Below, one piece after another: positions 12,960 through 21,213 of a DNA stretch of 43,963 nucleotides; positions within the stretch are counted from its first letter, which is position 1; every line of letters begins with the position of its first letter. The stretch covers positions 1-43,963 of the forward strand of contig JBPOJO010000287.1 of assembly GCA_052033485.1 (NCBI GenBank). Direction: 5' to 3'. The notes beneath the pieces were generated by a model that was given only the letters and a program-made list of their open reading frames with translations, was not told the origin of the DNA and did no database searches. The DNA is from Bacteroidota bacterium. GTDB taxonomy: Bacteria > Bacteroidota > Bacteroidia > Cytophagales > Bernardetiaceae. Made by a program: the position numbers and the translations under genes.

Positions 12960-14249
12960 ATGAACCGACCTAAAGTTAATTTTAAGGTAGAGAAATGGGT
13001 AAAGCTGGCGGACCTTAAGGAACATCCAAAAAATCCACGCAAAGATCTCCTGCAGAATCCAGAAAAGTTTGCATCGTTAAAACAGAGCATTTTAGAAGGA
13101 GTTTTTGAGGCGGTGAAGGTAAGCAGCCTCTCAGGGTTCTGTCTGGCCGGAAATCAAAGATTAAAGGCCTTTGCTGACCTAGGATTTGATGAGGTACCGG
13201 TACAGGTGAACGAATACGAAACGGAAAAAGAAGAGATCCGCGATATGATTAAAGACAATAACGAGTGGGGATCTTACGATTATCCGTTACTTTCAGAGTC
13301 TTTAAAGGGGTTGGAATTGGATATTGATGCGCTTGGTTTCAATGAAATTGATTTAAAGGCCATGCAGCGCATCGAGGATACAAAAGGCAATACCGATGAG
13401 GATTATATCCCAAACGTATCGGATAAAAGTAAAACGAAAATTGGCGATGTTTTCAAGCTTGGAGAACACCGGCTCATGTGTGGCGATGCCACAAATTTAG
13501 AGCATATCGATAAACTTATGGGCGGTATGCGTGCCGACATGGTTTTTACAGACCCGCCATATAACGTCAATTATCAGGGTAGCATCAACAAAACTTGGAG
13601 CAAAATCAATAATGATAACGTTTCCCGCGAAAACTTCCGCGCCTTTCTTGAAGCGGCATTTTTATGCTATCGCGATGCCGCGAAAACTTCCGCACCTTTC
13701 TACGTTTGCCATTCTTCAAAGTATCAAAGAGAGTTTGAAGATGCCATGGAAGCAGTGGGACTTCATGTACGAAACCAAATTATTTGGAATAAAAAGCTTG
13801 CTGTACTCGGCTGGGGTGATTATCGATGGAAACATGAGCCGATTTTTTACGCTGTTTTTGATAAATCTAAATCGCTTTTTTACGGTGATCGTTCCCAGTA
13901 TACCGTTTGGGATGAAAAGTGGGATGAGGCTAAACTTATTGAAAACATAAAAAATATTTGTGAAAAGCAAGAGAAGGGAGCATCCACCGTTTGGACTCTT
14001 GGAATAATATCCGGGGAATACGTACACCCCACGCAAAAACCTATTGAATTGATTGAAATTGCGTTGAAAAACTCATCGAAGGAGCAGGATCTTATCGTTG
14101 ACCTTTTCGGGGGTAGTGGCTCCACATTGATCGGAGCAGAAAAGACAAAGCGGGTTTGCTACACCATGGAATTAGAGCCAAAATACGTGGACGTTATACG
14201 CAAACGCTGGGAGGACTACACAGGCGAAAAAGCAGAACAATTAAATTAA
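12960..14249 (+). CDS. Fusion of a ParB-like nuclease domain with a DPPY-type (N6-adenine or N4-cytosine) DNA methyltransferase (429 aa)
   Basis: The N-terminus has LKEHPKNPRK...GNQRLKAF (ParB N-domain). It also has FTDPPYNV and HPTQKP...DLFGGSGSTLIGAE. Confidence 0.9.
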   Translation: MNRPKVNFKVEKWVKLADLKEHPKNPRKDLLQNPEKFASLKQSILEGVFEAVKVSSLSGFCLAGNQRLKAFADLGFDEVPVQVNEYETEKEEIRDMIKDNNEWGSYDYPLLSESLKGLELDIDALGFNEIDLKAMQRIEDTKGNTDEDYIPNVSDKSKTKIGDVFKLGEHRLMCGDATNLEHIDKLMGGMRADMVFTDPPYNVNYQGSINKTWSKINNDNVSRENFRAFLEAAFLCYRDAAKTSAPFYVCHSSKYQREFEDAMEAVGLHVRNQIIWNKKLAVLGWGDYRWKHEPIFYAVFDKSKSLFYGDRSQYTVWDEKWDEAKLIENIKNICEKQEKGASTVWTLGIISGEYVHPTQKPIELIEIALKNSSKEQDLIVDLFGGSGSTLIGAEKTKRVCYTMELEPKYVDVIRKRWEDYTGEKAEQLN

Positions 14250-14253
14250 TTTC

Positions 14254-14493
14254 ATGACTCATTACTTAAAAATTCAAATGCGGTGGTTAGCAGCCAGGGA
14301 AGCTCATCAAAAATTCTATGAATTGAGAATAAATGATCGTGATTTTCAAAGAGGAGACAGTATTATTTTTACGTTGGAAGGAAGTGACCAGACTTTGAAA
14401 GAAAAATACGAAATAACCCACGTTTTAACATCGGACGTTTGCGAAGGTTTAAAGAAAGGGTATTGCATTTTATCACTTACAAAACTCATTTAA
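14254..14493 (+). CDS. DUF3850 / ASCH-like (PUA-fold) protein (79 aa)
   Basis: HYLKIQ..W..AREAHQKFYELRINDRDFQRGDSIIF fits the recalled DUF3850 signature. Confidence 0.65.
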   Translation: MTHYLKIQMRWLAAREAHQKFYELRINDRDFQRGDSIIFTLEGSDQTLKEKYEITHVLTSDVCEGLKKGYCILSLTKLI

Positions 14494-14512
14494 TTTTTTA
14501 ATTTTTATTTTT

Positions 14513-15445
14513 ATGACAAAACAAGAAAAAATCGAAATGCTCATAGAACGTTTAATTTCAATGGCAATCCTTGGATGGAGAAAAGACATGTCTCCGACTG
14601 AAGTTATGGAACAAGCGCGTAAAAAAGCTGAAAATATTCATGATTTTTTTGAAAATTTCCCGGTTGCAAACAAAGATATTTGTCATGATGAAAGCCCTGA
14701 AAACCCAACTGAGTCACAAATGGTTCGGGATGATAGGCATTTTAAAAAAGGTTATGTTTATGGAAGGAGAGAGGGCTATACGGAAGCTCTTAAAAGGAAT
14801 CATGAGAAAAATCCAAACACTGCAGCTGTTTGCGATACTGATGAGGAGCAAAATAAATCACAAGAACCCGAAGTGATAAAGCTAAAATTTGATTCTAGTG
14901 AGCTTAATGACATGACCTCACTTATGGCTTTTGCTAACGGAACTGTTGCTAATATGAAGCGTAGTTTAGCTCAAATGGATAATAAAATTGAAGAAATTGG
15001 AAAGATAGATGATCAGTATAAAGAGGTTGTTTCTGAAAGATTTTTTTCAGCTTCACAGAGGATTGATAATTTAACAGAGGTTTTGCGTGATTTACAGCAA
15101 CACTTTGATAAATGTGTACATGAAATAAATTTTAAGATTAAATCTAATTTTGAAATTCAACAAAGCGATTGTAGGGTTACTGTTGAGCGAATACAGGAAT
15201 GCAAAAAAAATATTGAAGAAAAAGCTGAACGAGACAATTTGCAGAAAAATGATCCTTTTTCAAGCGATTATTTCAAGAAATTTAAGGCTGATCTTGAAAA
15301 GGGTTTGAAAGTTTTCGATGGTCGATTTATTCAATTGAGGGCATTAGTTATTGATAATACTAATAAAATTTCCGAACTTGAAGTAAAAATGAAAGGCAAG
15401 CCATCGAGGAAAAGCATCAGGAAAATGTTAGAAAAAAGCAAATAA
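14513..15445 (+). CDS. Hypothetical coiled-coil protein (310 aa)
   Basis: ORF track. The C-terminal half is heptad-like and charged. Confidence 0.75.
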   Translation: MTKQEKIEMLIERLISMAILGWRKDMSPTEVMEQARKKAENIHDFFENFPVANKDICHDESPENPTESQMVRDDRHFKKGYVYGRREGYTEALKRNHEKNPNTAAVCDTDEEQNKSQEPEVIKLKFDSSELNDMTSLMAFANGTVANMKRSLAQMDNKIEEIGKIDDQYKEVVSERFFSASQRIDNLTEVLRDLQQHFDKCVHEINFKIKSNFEIQQSDCRVTVERIQECKKNIEEKAERDNLQKNDPFSSDYFKKFKADLEKGLKVFDGRFIQLRALVIDNTNKISELEVKMKGKPSRKSIRKMLEKSK

Positions 15446-15484
15446 TTTAAATACAAAATAGTTTTTATTTCTTATCTTTTTTAC

Positions 15485-15613
15485 ATGTTGGAATCATTGT
15501 TTCTATGGTTACTTGGGCCAAGTTTGGTTATACCCGGATTTTTTATAATTTCTGCGGTATTCATTTTAGGTGGGATTTGCATTCTAGATTATTTTTTTTT
15601 AGACCCAAGCTAG
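15485..15613 (+). CDS. Possible small membrane peptide (42 aa)
   Basis: Hand translation: MLESLFLWLLGPSLVIPGFFIISAVFILGGICILDYFFLDPS. Confidence 0.35.
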   Translation: MLESLFLWLLGPSLVIPGFFIISAVFILGGICILDYFFLDPS

Positions 15614-15655
15614 GAAAAAGAGTTTTCTTTATTTTTTAAACACAAAAACCATTTT

Positions 15656-16411
15656 ATGGAATTACTATTTTTAGATACCGAAACGACCGGGCTCGAACAA
15701 CAGGATCGGCTCATCCAAATTGGTGCAAAGTTCCGAAACGCTGGCAAGAAAATGCTTTCAGACGAAGCCCCAGCAAAAACCGTTTCATATTTTTTTAAGC
15801 CGCCGGTGCCAATTAATTATGAGGCTATGTCGGTTCACCACATTACGCAAGAAATGGTTGCGAATGAAGAAACTTTCGAGCAATCAGTTTTGAAAAGCAA
15901 ACTGGAAGTTTTAGCAAAGGACGGCGTTGTTGTCGTTGCGCACAATGCTAAATTTGACCTTAAAATGCTCGAACGCGAAGGCGTTATTTTTTCGCTTTAT
16001 ATTGATACACAGCGCGTGGCTATGCATGTTTTGGATATGCCACGCTACAAGTTGCAATATTTGCGGTACGCACTCGATTTGCGAGTCGATGGCGTTGCAC
16101 ACAGTGCAGAGGGTGATGTCGATGTTTTAGTCGCCCTTTTCGACTTTCTTTTTCAGAAAATTAAAAGGGAAACCATGTTTAATGATTCCGATGAGAATAT
16201 TTTGAACCACATGATGTCACTTTCACGAAATCCGGTTCTTCTTAGACGTTTTACGTTTGGTAAACACAACGGCAAAACGTTTGAGGAAATTGCACAAAAC
16301 GACCGCGATTATTTGGTTTGGTTATGGAATTCGGAAATGAAAAATAACGAAGCTGATCGAAACGAAGACCTTTTGTACACGATAAAATTGTATTTAAACA
16401 ATAACGCTTAA
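15656..16411 (+). CDS. DnaQ-like DEDDh 3'-5' exonuclease with a C-terminal DUF3820-like tail (251 aa)
   Basis: ExoI FLDTETTG, ExoII VAHNAKFD, ExoIII HSAEGDVD. The C-terminus has FGKHNGKTFEEI..DYLVWL. Confidence 0.85.
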   Translation: MELLFLDTETTGLEQQDRLIQIGAKFRNAGKKMLSDEAPAKTVSYFFKPPVPINYEAMSVHHITQEMVANEETFEQSVLKSKLEVLAKDGVVVVAHNAKFDLKMLEREGVIFSLYIDTQRVAMHVLDMPRYKLQYLRYALDLRVDGVAHSAEGDVDVLVALFDFLFQKIKRETMFNDSDENILNHMMSLSRNPVLLRRFTFGKHNGKTFEEIAQNDRDYLVWLWNSEMKNNEADRNEDLLYTIKLYLNNNA

Positions 16412-16415
16412 ATTT

Positions 16416-17015
16416 ATGGTAGTTCGAGTGAGTCAAAAAAAATTAGACAAATTGAAAAAGCCTTACGAACGTATAACAGCTCGTGAGGCTGCAAAGGAAC
16501 GTATACGCATCGAAACGGAAATGAAGAGGCAACGGAATTGTCCAACTCCTGGATGTGAGAAAAAATTTACTTGGAGAAATACGAAGAACGGACAAATTCA
16601 TTGCAGCAATAATTGTGCTTTAAATGATCCAGATCGAGGAGGCGGACGGCCCACGATAATGAAAGACGATGTGCTGTTGAAATTAAAGTACGCATTTTCA
16701 GTTGACGCTACAAACGAGGAAGCTTGTCTTTATGCTGGCATCTCTATAAGCGCTTTGTACGTGTATGAGAAGCAAAACCCGGAGTTTAAAGAAGAAAAGA
16801 AGCAGTTAAAAACGAAGATGGTTTTAAATGCTCGTGTAAAGGTTTTTAACGACATTTCACAAAATGTTGAAACCGCAAAATGGTTGCTTGAAAGAAAACG
16901 TAAGAATGAGTTTGCAACAAAATCAATTCACACCGGCGAAGTATTCACTGGCGAAATGGATCCTGAGCACAAAAAACGTGCAAAAGAGATCCTTAGACAA
17001 ATGGATGAGGATTAA
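16416..17015 (+). CDS. Zinc-finger + HTH protein (199 aa), candidate small terminase subunit
   Basis: CPTPGCEK...HCSNNC. The segment ACLYAGISISALYVYEKQNPEF...AKWLLERK resembles TerS/HTH_Tnp-like N-domains. It is not adjacent to TerL. Confidence 0.45.
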   Translation: MVVRVSQKKLDKLKKPYERITAREAAKERIRIETEMKRQRNCPTPGCEKKFTWRNTKNGQIHCSNNCALNDPDRGGGRPTIMKDDVLLKLKYAFSVDATNEEACLYAGISISALYVYEKQNPEFKEEKKQLKTKMVLNARVKVFNDISQNVETAKWLLERKRKNEFATKSIHTGEVFTGEMDPEHKKRAKEILRQMDED

Positions 17016-17035
17016 ATCAATTTTAAGCTTATTTT

Positions 17036-17578
17036 ATGGAGCAAAATCAATCAGAAAAGATTTACGAAGCCGCAATTCAATTTAAAAAAGCCATTGAAAA
17101 AACAGGGCAAAAACCAACTCAATTTATTTCCTCAACCTCAATTTGCATGAGAATCTTTTATTTATTTCGTAAAGAAGATGAAACCGGCGTTTCGGGAACT
17201 GGTTTTGTTGCTGAAGGAGTTGTTTTTTCAACTGGGAAAATTGTTATGAATTGGCTGTCAAAGCTTACGTCTACATGTATTTATGAATCGATAGATGACA
17301 TTGTAAAGATTCATGGCCATAACAAAAAGACCGAAATACTATGGGAACACGAAGATTATATCAATGAAAAAGGGGAGCCGATTGTTTCCGATGGCAACTG
17401 GTATTATACAAATCTCATAACTAAGAAATACATCGGCTGGCTTTCTAATCTTGAAGGTTTATTGAAAATATCAGAATTTTTAAAGCAAAAGTTTGATGCT
17501 GAAAATGAAAAGAAAGCTTTGGATGAAATGGAAAAAGCAAAAAATGACCCCTTATATTTCTTAAAACACAATAAATAA
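17036..17578 (+). CDS. Hypothetical protein (180 aa)
   Basis: ORF track. Confidence 0.7.
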   Translation: MEQNQSEKIYEAAIQFKKAIEKTGQKPTQFISSTSICMRIFYLFRKEDETGVSGTGFVAEGVVFSTGKIVMNWLSKLTSTCIYESIDDIVKIHGHNKKTEILWEHEDYINEKGEPIVSDGNWYYTNLITKKYIGWLSNLEGLLKISEFLKQKFDAENEKKALDEMEKAKNDPLYFLKHNK

Positions 17579-18027
17579 TGCAAGTACTACCAACGCAATG
17601 TAAAAGGCCATCGAGGTCAGTAAAAATAACCGACATGGATCGAGTAGAAAAAGAAGCAAAAGAAATGATAGAACTTTCCAGAATGGCGCTGGGACGTTAC
17701 CCAAGAGCCTTGGCATTGGCTCATTGCCAAGTTGATCACGCTGACCCTTTGCGTTTTTTTGTTTTTAATAATGGACGGATTATTATAAATCCGCAAATCG
17801 ATGATTTCATGAAAGAAGAGGGTTTTGTGCGTGATACTGAGGGTTGTTTTTCGTACCCATTCAGGCCTGAGGTTTCGATTAAACGCTATAAAACTTTGAA
17901 GGTTTCTTATCAAGAAGTAAAAAAACGTGGTGGCGTTAAAAACAAGGTTGAAGTTGTGGACGGCATGCTTGCCCGCATTTTTCAACATGAATTAGATCAT
18001 TTTAATGGGAAAAGTATTTATGCTTAA
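17578..18027 (+). CDS. def: Peptide deformylase (149 aa; alternative start at 17635)
   Basis: Motif 2 EGCFS and motif 3 QHELDHFNG. Motif 1 is divergent (ALAHCQV). Confidence 0.8.
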   Translation: MQVLPTQCKRPSRSVKITDMDRVEKEAKEMIELSRMALGRYPRALALAHCQVDHADPLRFFVFNNGRIIINPQIDDFMKEEGFVRDTEGCFSYPFRPEVSIKRYKTLKVSYQEVKKRGGVKNKVEVVDGMLARIFQHELDHFNGKSIYA

Positions 18028-18193
18028 ATGTGAAAAACATCAATATCCAAACAAAAAAGCGGCTCAAACTGCTTGCAATAAACGAATGAGTAGACCACGG
18101 AAAGCGGACCGACTCAGGATTTATTTTTGCGAACGTTGCCAACGCTGGCATCTAACGTCTCTTTTTTGGCCTGAATTAAAGCGTTTAAGGTAA
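18020..18193 (+). CDS. Small zinc-binding protein (57 aa, start trimmed to MLKCEKH)
   Basis: RIYFCERCQRWHLTS motif. Overlaps the def stop. Confidence 0.55.
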   Translation: MLKCEKHQYPNKKAAQTACNKRMSRPRKADRLRIYFCERCQRWHLTSLFWPELKRLR

Positions 18194-18211
18194 CTTATTT
18201 GAAAAAGATTT

Positions 18212-18257
18212 AAAGGAAAGCTACAATCTGATTGTTTAGCTTTCCTTTATTTTTTTA
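18212..18257 (+). terminator. Strong rho-independent terminator
   Basis: 12-bp perfect stem aaaggaaagcta / tagctttccttt, 13-nt loop, then a T7 run. Confidence 0.8.
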
Positions 18258-18271
18258 AAAATCATAAAATT

Positions 18272-19444
18272 ATGACTCTAATTACTGACCGATCAAAAGA
18301 CTATCGTGGTGCATTACAGGCTGAAAAACTGGCCCAAATCCTTGAAGTTGGAATTGAGGAAACACCGGATACAACAACCGTAACTGTAAGCCGAAAGAAT
18401 GGAAATGGCAAAGTGCGTGAATGTGCTGGTGAAGATGTACCAGCGGATGATGAGACTGGTTATGTTAAAGGTTGTATTTTTACCGATACAAACGAAACCG
18501 ATGGCATCAATCCCAACTATATCAATGTCGGAGACGAAACAGGTTGTGAATTTGTGCGCGTTGTAGAATCCGTGGGGGTTGACGATGCGGGGGCTCCAAT
18601 GCGGAACATTTTACGTGTTGCAAGCGATGTTATTTCAGCTGAAACCGTAACGATCGGTGCAGACGTTTATGAAGTTGAAATTGTAAATACAGATTCAACC
18701 GATAATACTGCGAATGGAGATTTTAATAATACAACAAATCCACTTGCTGTTACCGGGGCTGTTGCACGCTACGCAAATTGCACACTTTCAGTTGGAAAAT
18801 TGATTAGAATTCAAAATGAAATATTGAGGGTAACAGCAAACAATGGCGCTGACGTTACCTTTGCTCGTGGGGCCTCTGGAACAACCGTGGCAACCCATGC
18901 TGATGCACAAGATATTTATGTTGGGAATGGGATTGCGGGAGGTTCTACGGTTGCTGTGGGTTTGGTTACTACTTTGACACCAACAGCATTTATGCCGGCT
19001 CTCGTTTGGGATATTAATCATGCAGGAACGCTTCACAGAAAAGCAACACAGATCACAGTCAACCACATGCTTTTAGAATCTGCTGACGCTGTAGGTGGCA
19101 CGGTTGCTGCAGACACAGTTGCAACCACATGTACTGAAACTTTAACCGGAACAAATAACGCATGGGCTGCATCGGCTATGTTCGATGGTAAAGCTGCAGG
19201 AGCTCGAAAATTATCGTTATTCACACACACAGTTTTACAGGTTGAGGTTGACCTCGATCTTTTGGTTATTCCTGTAGCATTCGTACCAGTTGGTTTTATT
19301 GCTCAAGTTTATAGTTCTGCGGGAGTCTTCAAAGGCACTCTTTCAGATGGAATCACTATCGTGAGCAATCGCATTCAATACGATTTTGCCGGCTCGACAA
19401 ACGTGGTGGCGACCGATAAAGTTGTCCTTGTTGCTTGGAACTAA
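18272..19444 (+). CDS. Hypothetical T/A/G/V-rich protein (390 aa), possibly virion- or surface-associated. It is an isolated transcription unit.
   Basis: ORF track. Bracketed by two strong terminators. Contains LIRIQNEILRVTANNGADVTFARGASGTTVATHADAQDIYV, a small-barrel motif seen in phage structural proteins (recalled). Confidence 0.75.
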   Translation: MTLITDRSKDYRGALQAEKLAQILEVGIEETPDTTTVTVSRKNGNGKVRECAGEDVPADDETGYVKGCIFTDTNETDGINPNYINVGDETGCEFVRVVESVGVDDAGAPMRNILRVASDVISAETVTIGADVYEVEIVNTDSTDNTANGDFNNTTNPLAVTGAVARYANCTLSVGKLIRIQNEILRVTANNGADVTFARGASGTTVATHADAQDIYVGNGIAGGSTVAVGLVTTLTPTAFMPALVWDINHAGTLHRKATQITVNHMLLESADAVGGTVAADTVATTCTETLTGTNNAWAASAMFDGKAAGARKLSLFTHTVLQVEVDLDLLVIPVAFVPVGFIAQVYSSAGVFKGTLSDGITIVSNRIQYDFAGSTNVVATDKVVLVAWN

Positions 19445-19494
19445 AAAACGGCCCTAGAAAGCATCAGTGTCGCGCGGACGGTAAACGCACTCTA

Positions 19495-19534
19495 AGCCTC
19501 AAACCTTATCTTGTAAGGTTTGAGGCTTTTGTTT
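19495..19534 (+). terminator. Strong rho-independent terminator
   Basis: 15-bp perfect stem aagcctcaaacctta / taaggtttgaggctt, 5-nt loop, T-rich tail. Confidence 0.8.
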
Positions 19535-19545
19535 AATATCTTTCC

Positions 19546-21156
19546 ATGAGCGATATTACCGACAAAGATCTTGACTCACCGGAAATTAGACGATCGATGG
19601 GAGCAGAAAGTGTTTTCGGCTTTGCACTTTGTTATTTCCCTGAACTTTTTAAATTTGACGTGCCGAAATTCCATAAAAAATGGTATAGGCTTTTAAGTTT
19701 CTTTGATAAAAATACAGGAACTTTTTTTAATTATCTTATTCTTTTAGCGTTTAGGGATTCAGCAAAAACGACCTTAGCAAAAATTAAAGTTGTGCGTGAT
19801 ATTTGCTATAAACGGAAACGTTTAATTGCCTATGTTTGTTATGAAAAAGACAGGTCAGGTGAAGCGCTTTTTGATATTGCAACCTGGCTTCAAACAAACG
19901 CATTGATCATTCATGATTTTGGAAATCTTTTTGAATCCGCAAGTTCTGATGATAAAAAACCAGAAAAAAAGACCATAAATAACTTTGTAGCCAGCGGCGT
20001 GAGAGTTACTGCATTTTCAATTCGGCAATCTGTGCGTGGGCGTATTTTTGGATTTGAACGGCCTGATTGCTATGTAATTGATGACTTTGAAAATAACGTA
20101 ACAAAGAAATCCGCTTTAATGACGCGAAAGGTTATTGACTTCCTGAAGGAGTTAATGACTGGACTCGCGGCTGGTGCGGAAGTCATTTTGTTATGTAACC
20201 GGATTTCCGATGTTGGATCCGTTCAATGGTTGTTAGACACGGCCCACAAAAATCCAGAGTTTAGAGTCAGTGAGGTGGCAGTGATTGAGGCAGGACGATC
20301 AACGTGGCCCTCTAAGTTTGCGTTAACAGACGGTGAAGCAGCTGAAGCAAATAAAGCCAAGAAAGACCCTTCAAAGTTCGTTAAATCGCTTGAATCGCTC
20401 AAACGAACCATGAATGCGGACCGAACAAAAACGTTTGAGCAAGAAATGTTAAATGAAGCGTTGACTGTTGGAGATCGATTTTTTGATACTGAAAAGATCG
20501 ATTTGCGAATCAAAGTTTTACAGGATATTGAGTGGCAAGACAAAGATCCGTCCCTTCCAAATTATCGTAAAAAAGAAGGTGACTGGATTCGATGGGGAGT
20601 TTTGAATAAAAATCACATCAACGTTGTCGGTTCCGATATTGCTGAAGGATATGGAAATGACAGCTCAGTTATTGAGGATTTCGATATTACTATAGGCAAA
20701 CAAATGGCTGAATATGAAAGTAATTTGTGCCCTCCGGAAATACTCGGGAAATATATGATTGAAGAGGGAAAAGCCGGCGGTTATTGTCTGCTTATACCAG
20801 AAAGAAATAATGTGGGAGTTGGAACAATCCAATACATAAAAACAGAAAAATATTTAAATCTTTATCGCGAAAAAACTGTCGACAAAATAAGCAATCAGCC
20901 TGTGAAAAAATATGGATACCACACCAATGGCCACACAAAACCCATTATGCTTTTTGATTTTAAAAGAGATTTTGAAGCTGGTCTGATTGAAATAATGTCC
21001 ATTTCTCTTTTAAGGGAAATGAGAGCGTTTACAAATTCAGATGTTGTTTATGCAAATTTTGATCCGGAAGCTTCAAACCATTTTGACCGGGTAATGGCTG
21101 CCTGTATCACTTGGCAGGGTCGAAATGTGAAGCAAATAAAAGGTTTCATTGTATAA
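19546..21156 (+). CDS. terL: Terminase large subunit (536 aa)
   Basis: FHKKWY..., LAFRDSAKTT (P-loop-like), RPDCYVIDDFEN (Walker B), and a C-terminal nuclease-like segment. Its position before the portal gene is consistent. Confidence 0.85.
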   Translation: MSDITDKDLDSPEIRRSMGAESVFGFALCYFPELFKFDVPKFHKKWYRLLSFFDKNTGTFFNYLILLAFRDSAKTTLAKIKVVRDICYKRKRLIAYVCYEKDRSGEALFDIATWLQTNALIIHDFGNLFESASSDDKKPEKKTINNFVASGVRVTAFSIRQSVRGRIFGFERPDCYVIDDFENNVTKKSALMTRKVIDFLKELMTGLAAGAEVILLCNRISDVGSVQWLLDTAHKNPEFRVSEVAVIEAGRSTWPSKFALTDGEAAEANKAKKDPSKFVKSLESLKRTMNADRTKTFEQEMLNEALTVGDRFFDTEKIDLRIKVLQDIEWQDKDPSLPNYRKKEGDWIRWGVLNKNHINVVGSDIAEGYGNDSSVIEDFDITIGKQMAEYESNLCPPEILGKYMIEEGKAGGYCLLIPERNNVGVGTIQYIKTEKYLNLYREKTVDKISNQPVKKYGYHTNGHTKPIMLFDFKRDFEAGLIEIMSISLLREMRAFTNSDVVYANFDPEASNHFDRVMAACITWQGRNVKQIKGFIV

Positions 21157-21213
21157 ACCATTGTGTAAAAAACAACAAAAAGTTAATATTCATGCGTTTA
21201 ATAAAACACTCCA

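Noticed and set aside
13531-14125. ORFs 13531..13950 (+), 13716..14036 (-) and 13880..14125 (-), overlapping the ParB-MTase gene
   Set aside because: The main frame carries the DPPY and FGGSGST motifs continuously. The overlapping ORFs have no recognisable motifs.
19445-19493. The G+C-rich stretch gtgtcgcgcggacggtaaacgcac upstream of terL as the cos site
   Set aside because: No supporting symmetry or repeat structure was found. It lies between a stop codon and a terminator stem and may simply be 3' UTR. It cannot be evaluated without read-end data.
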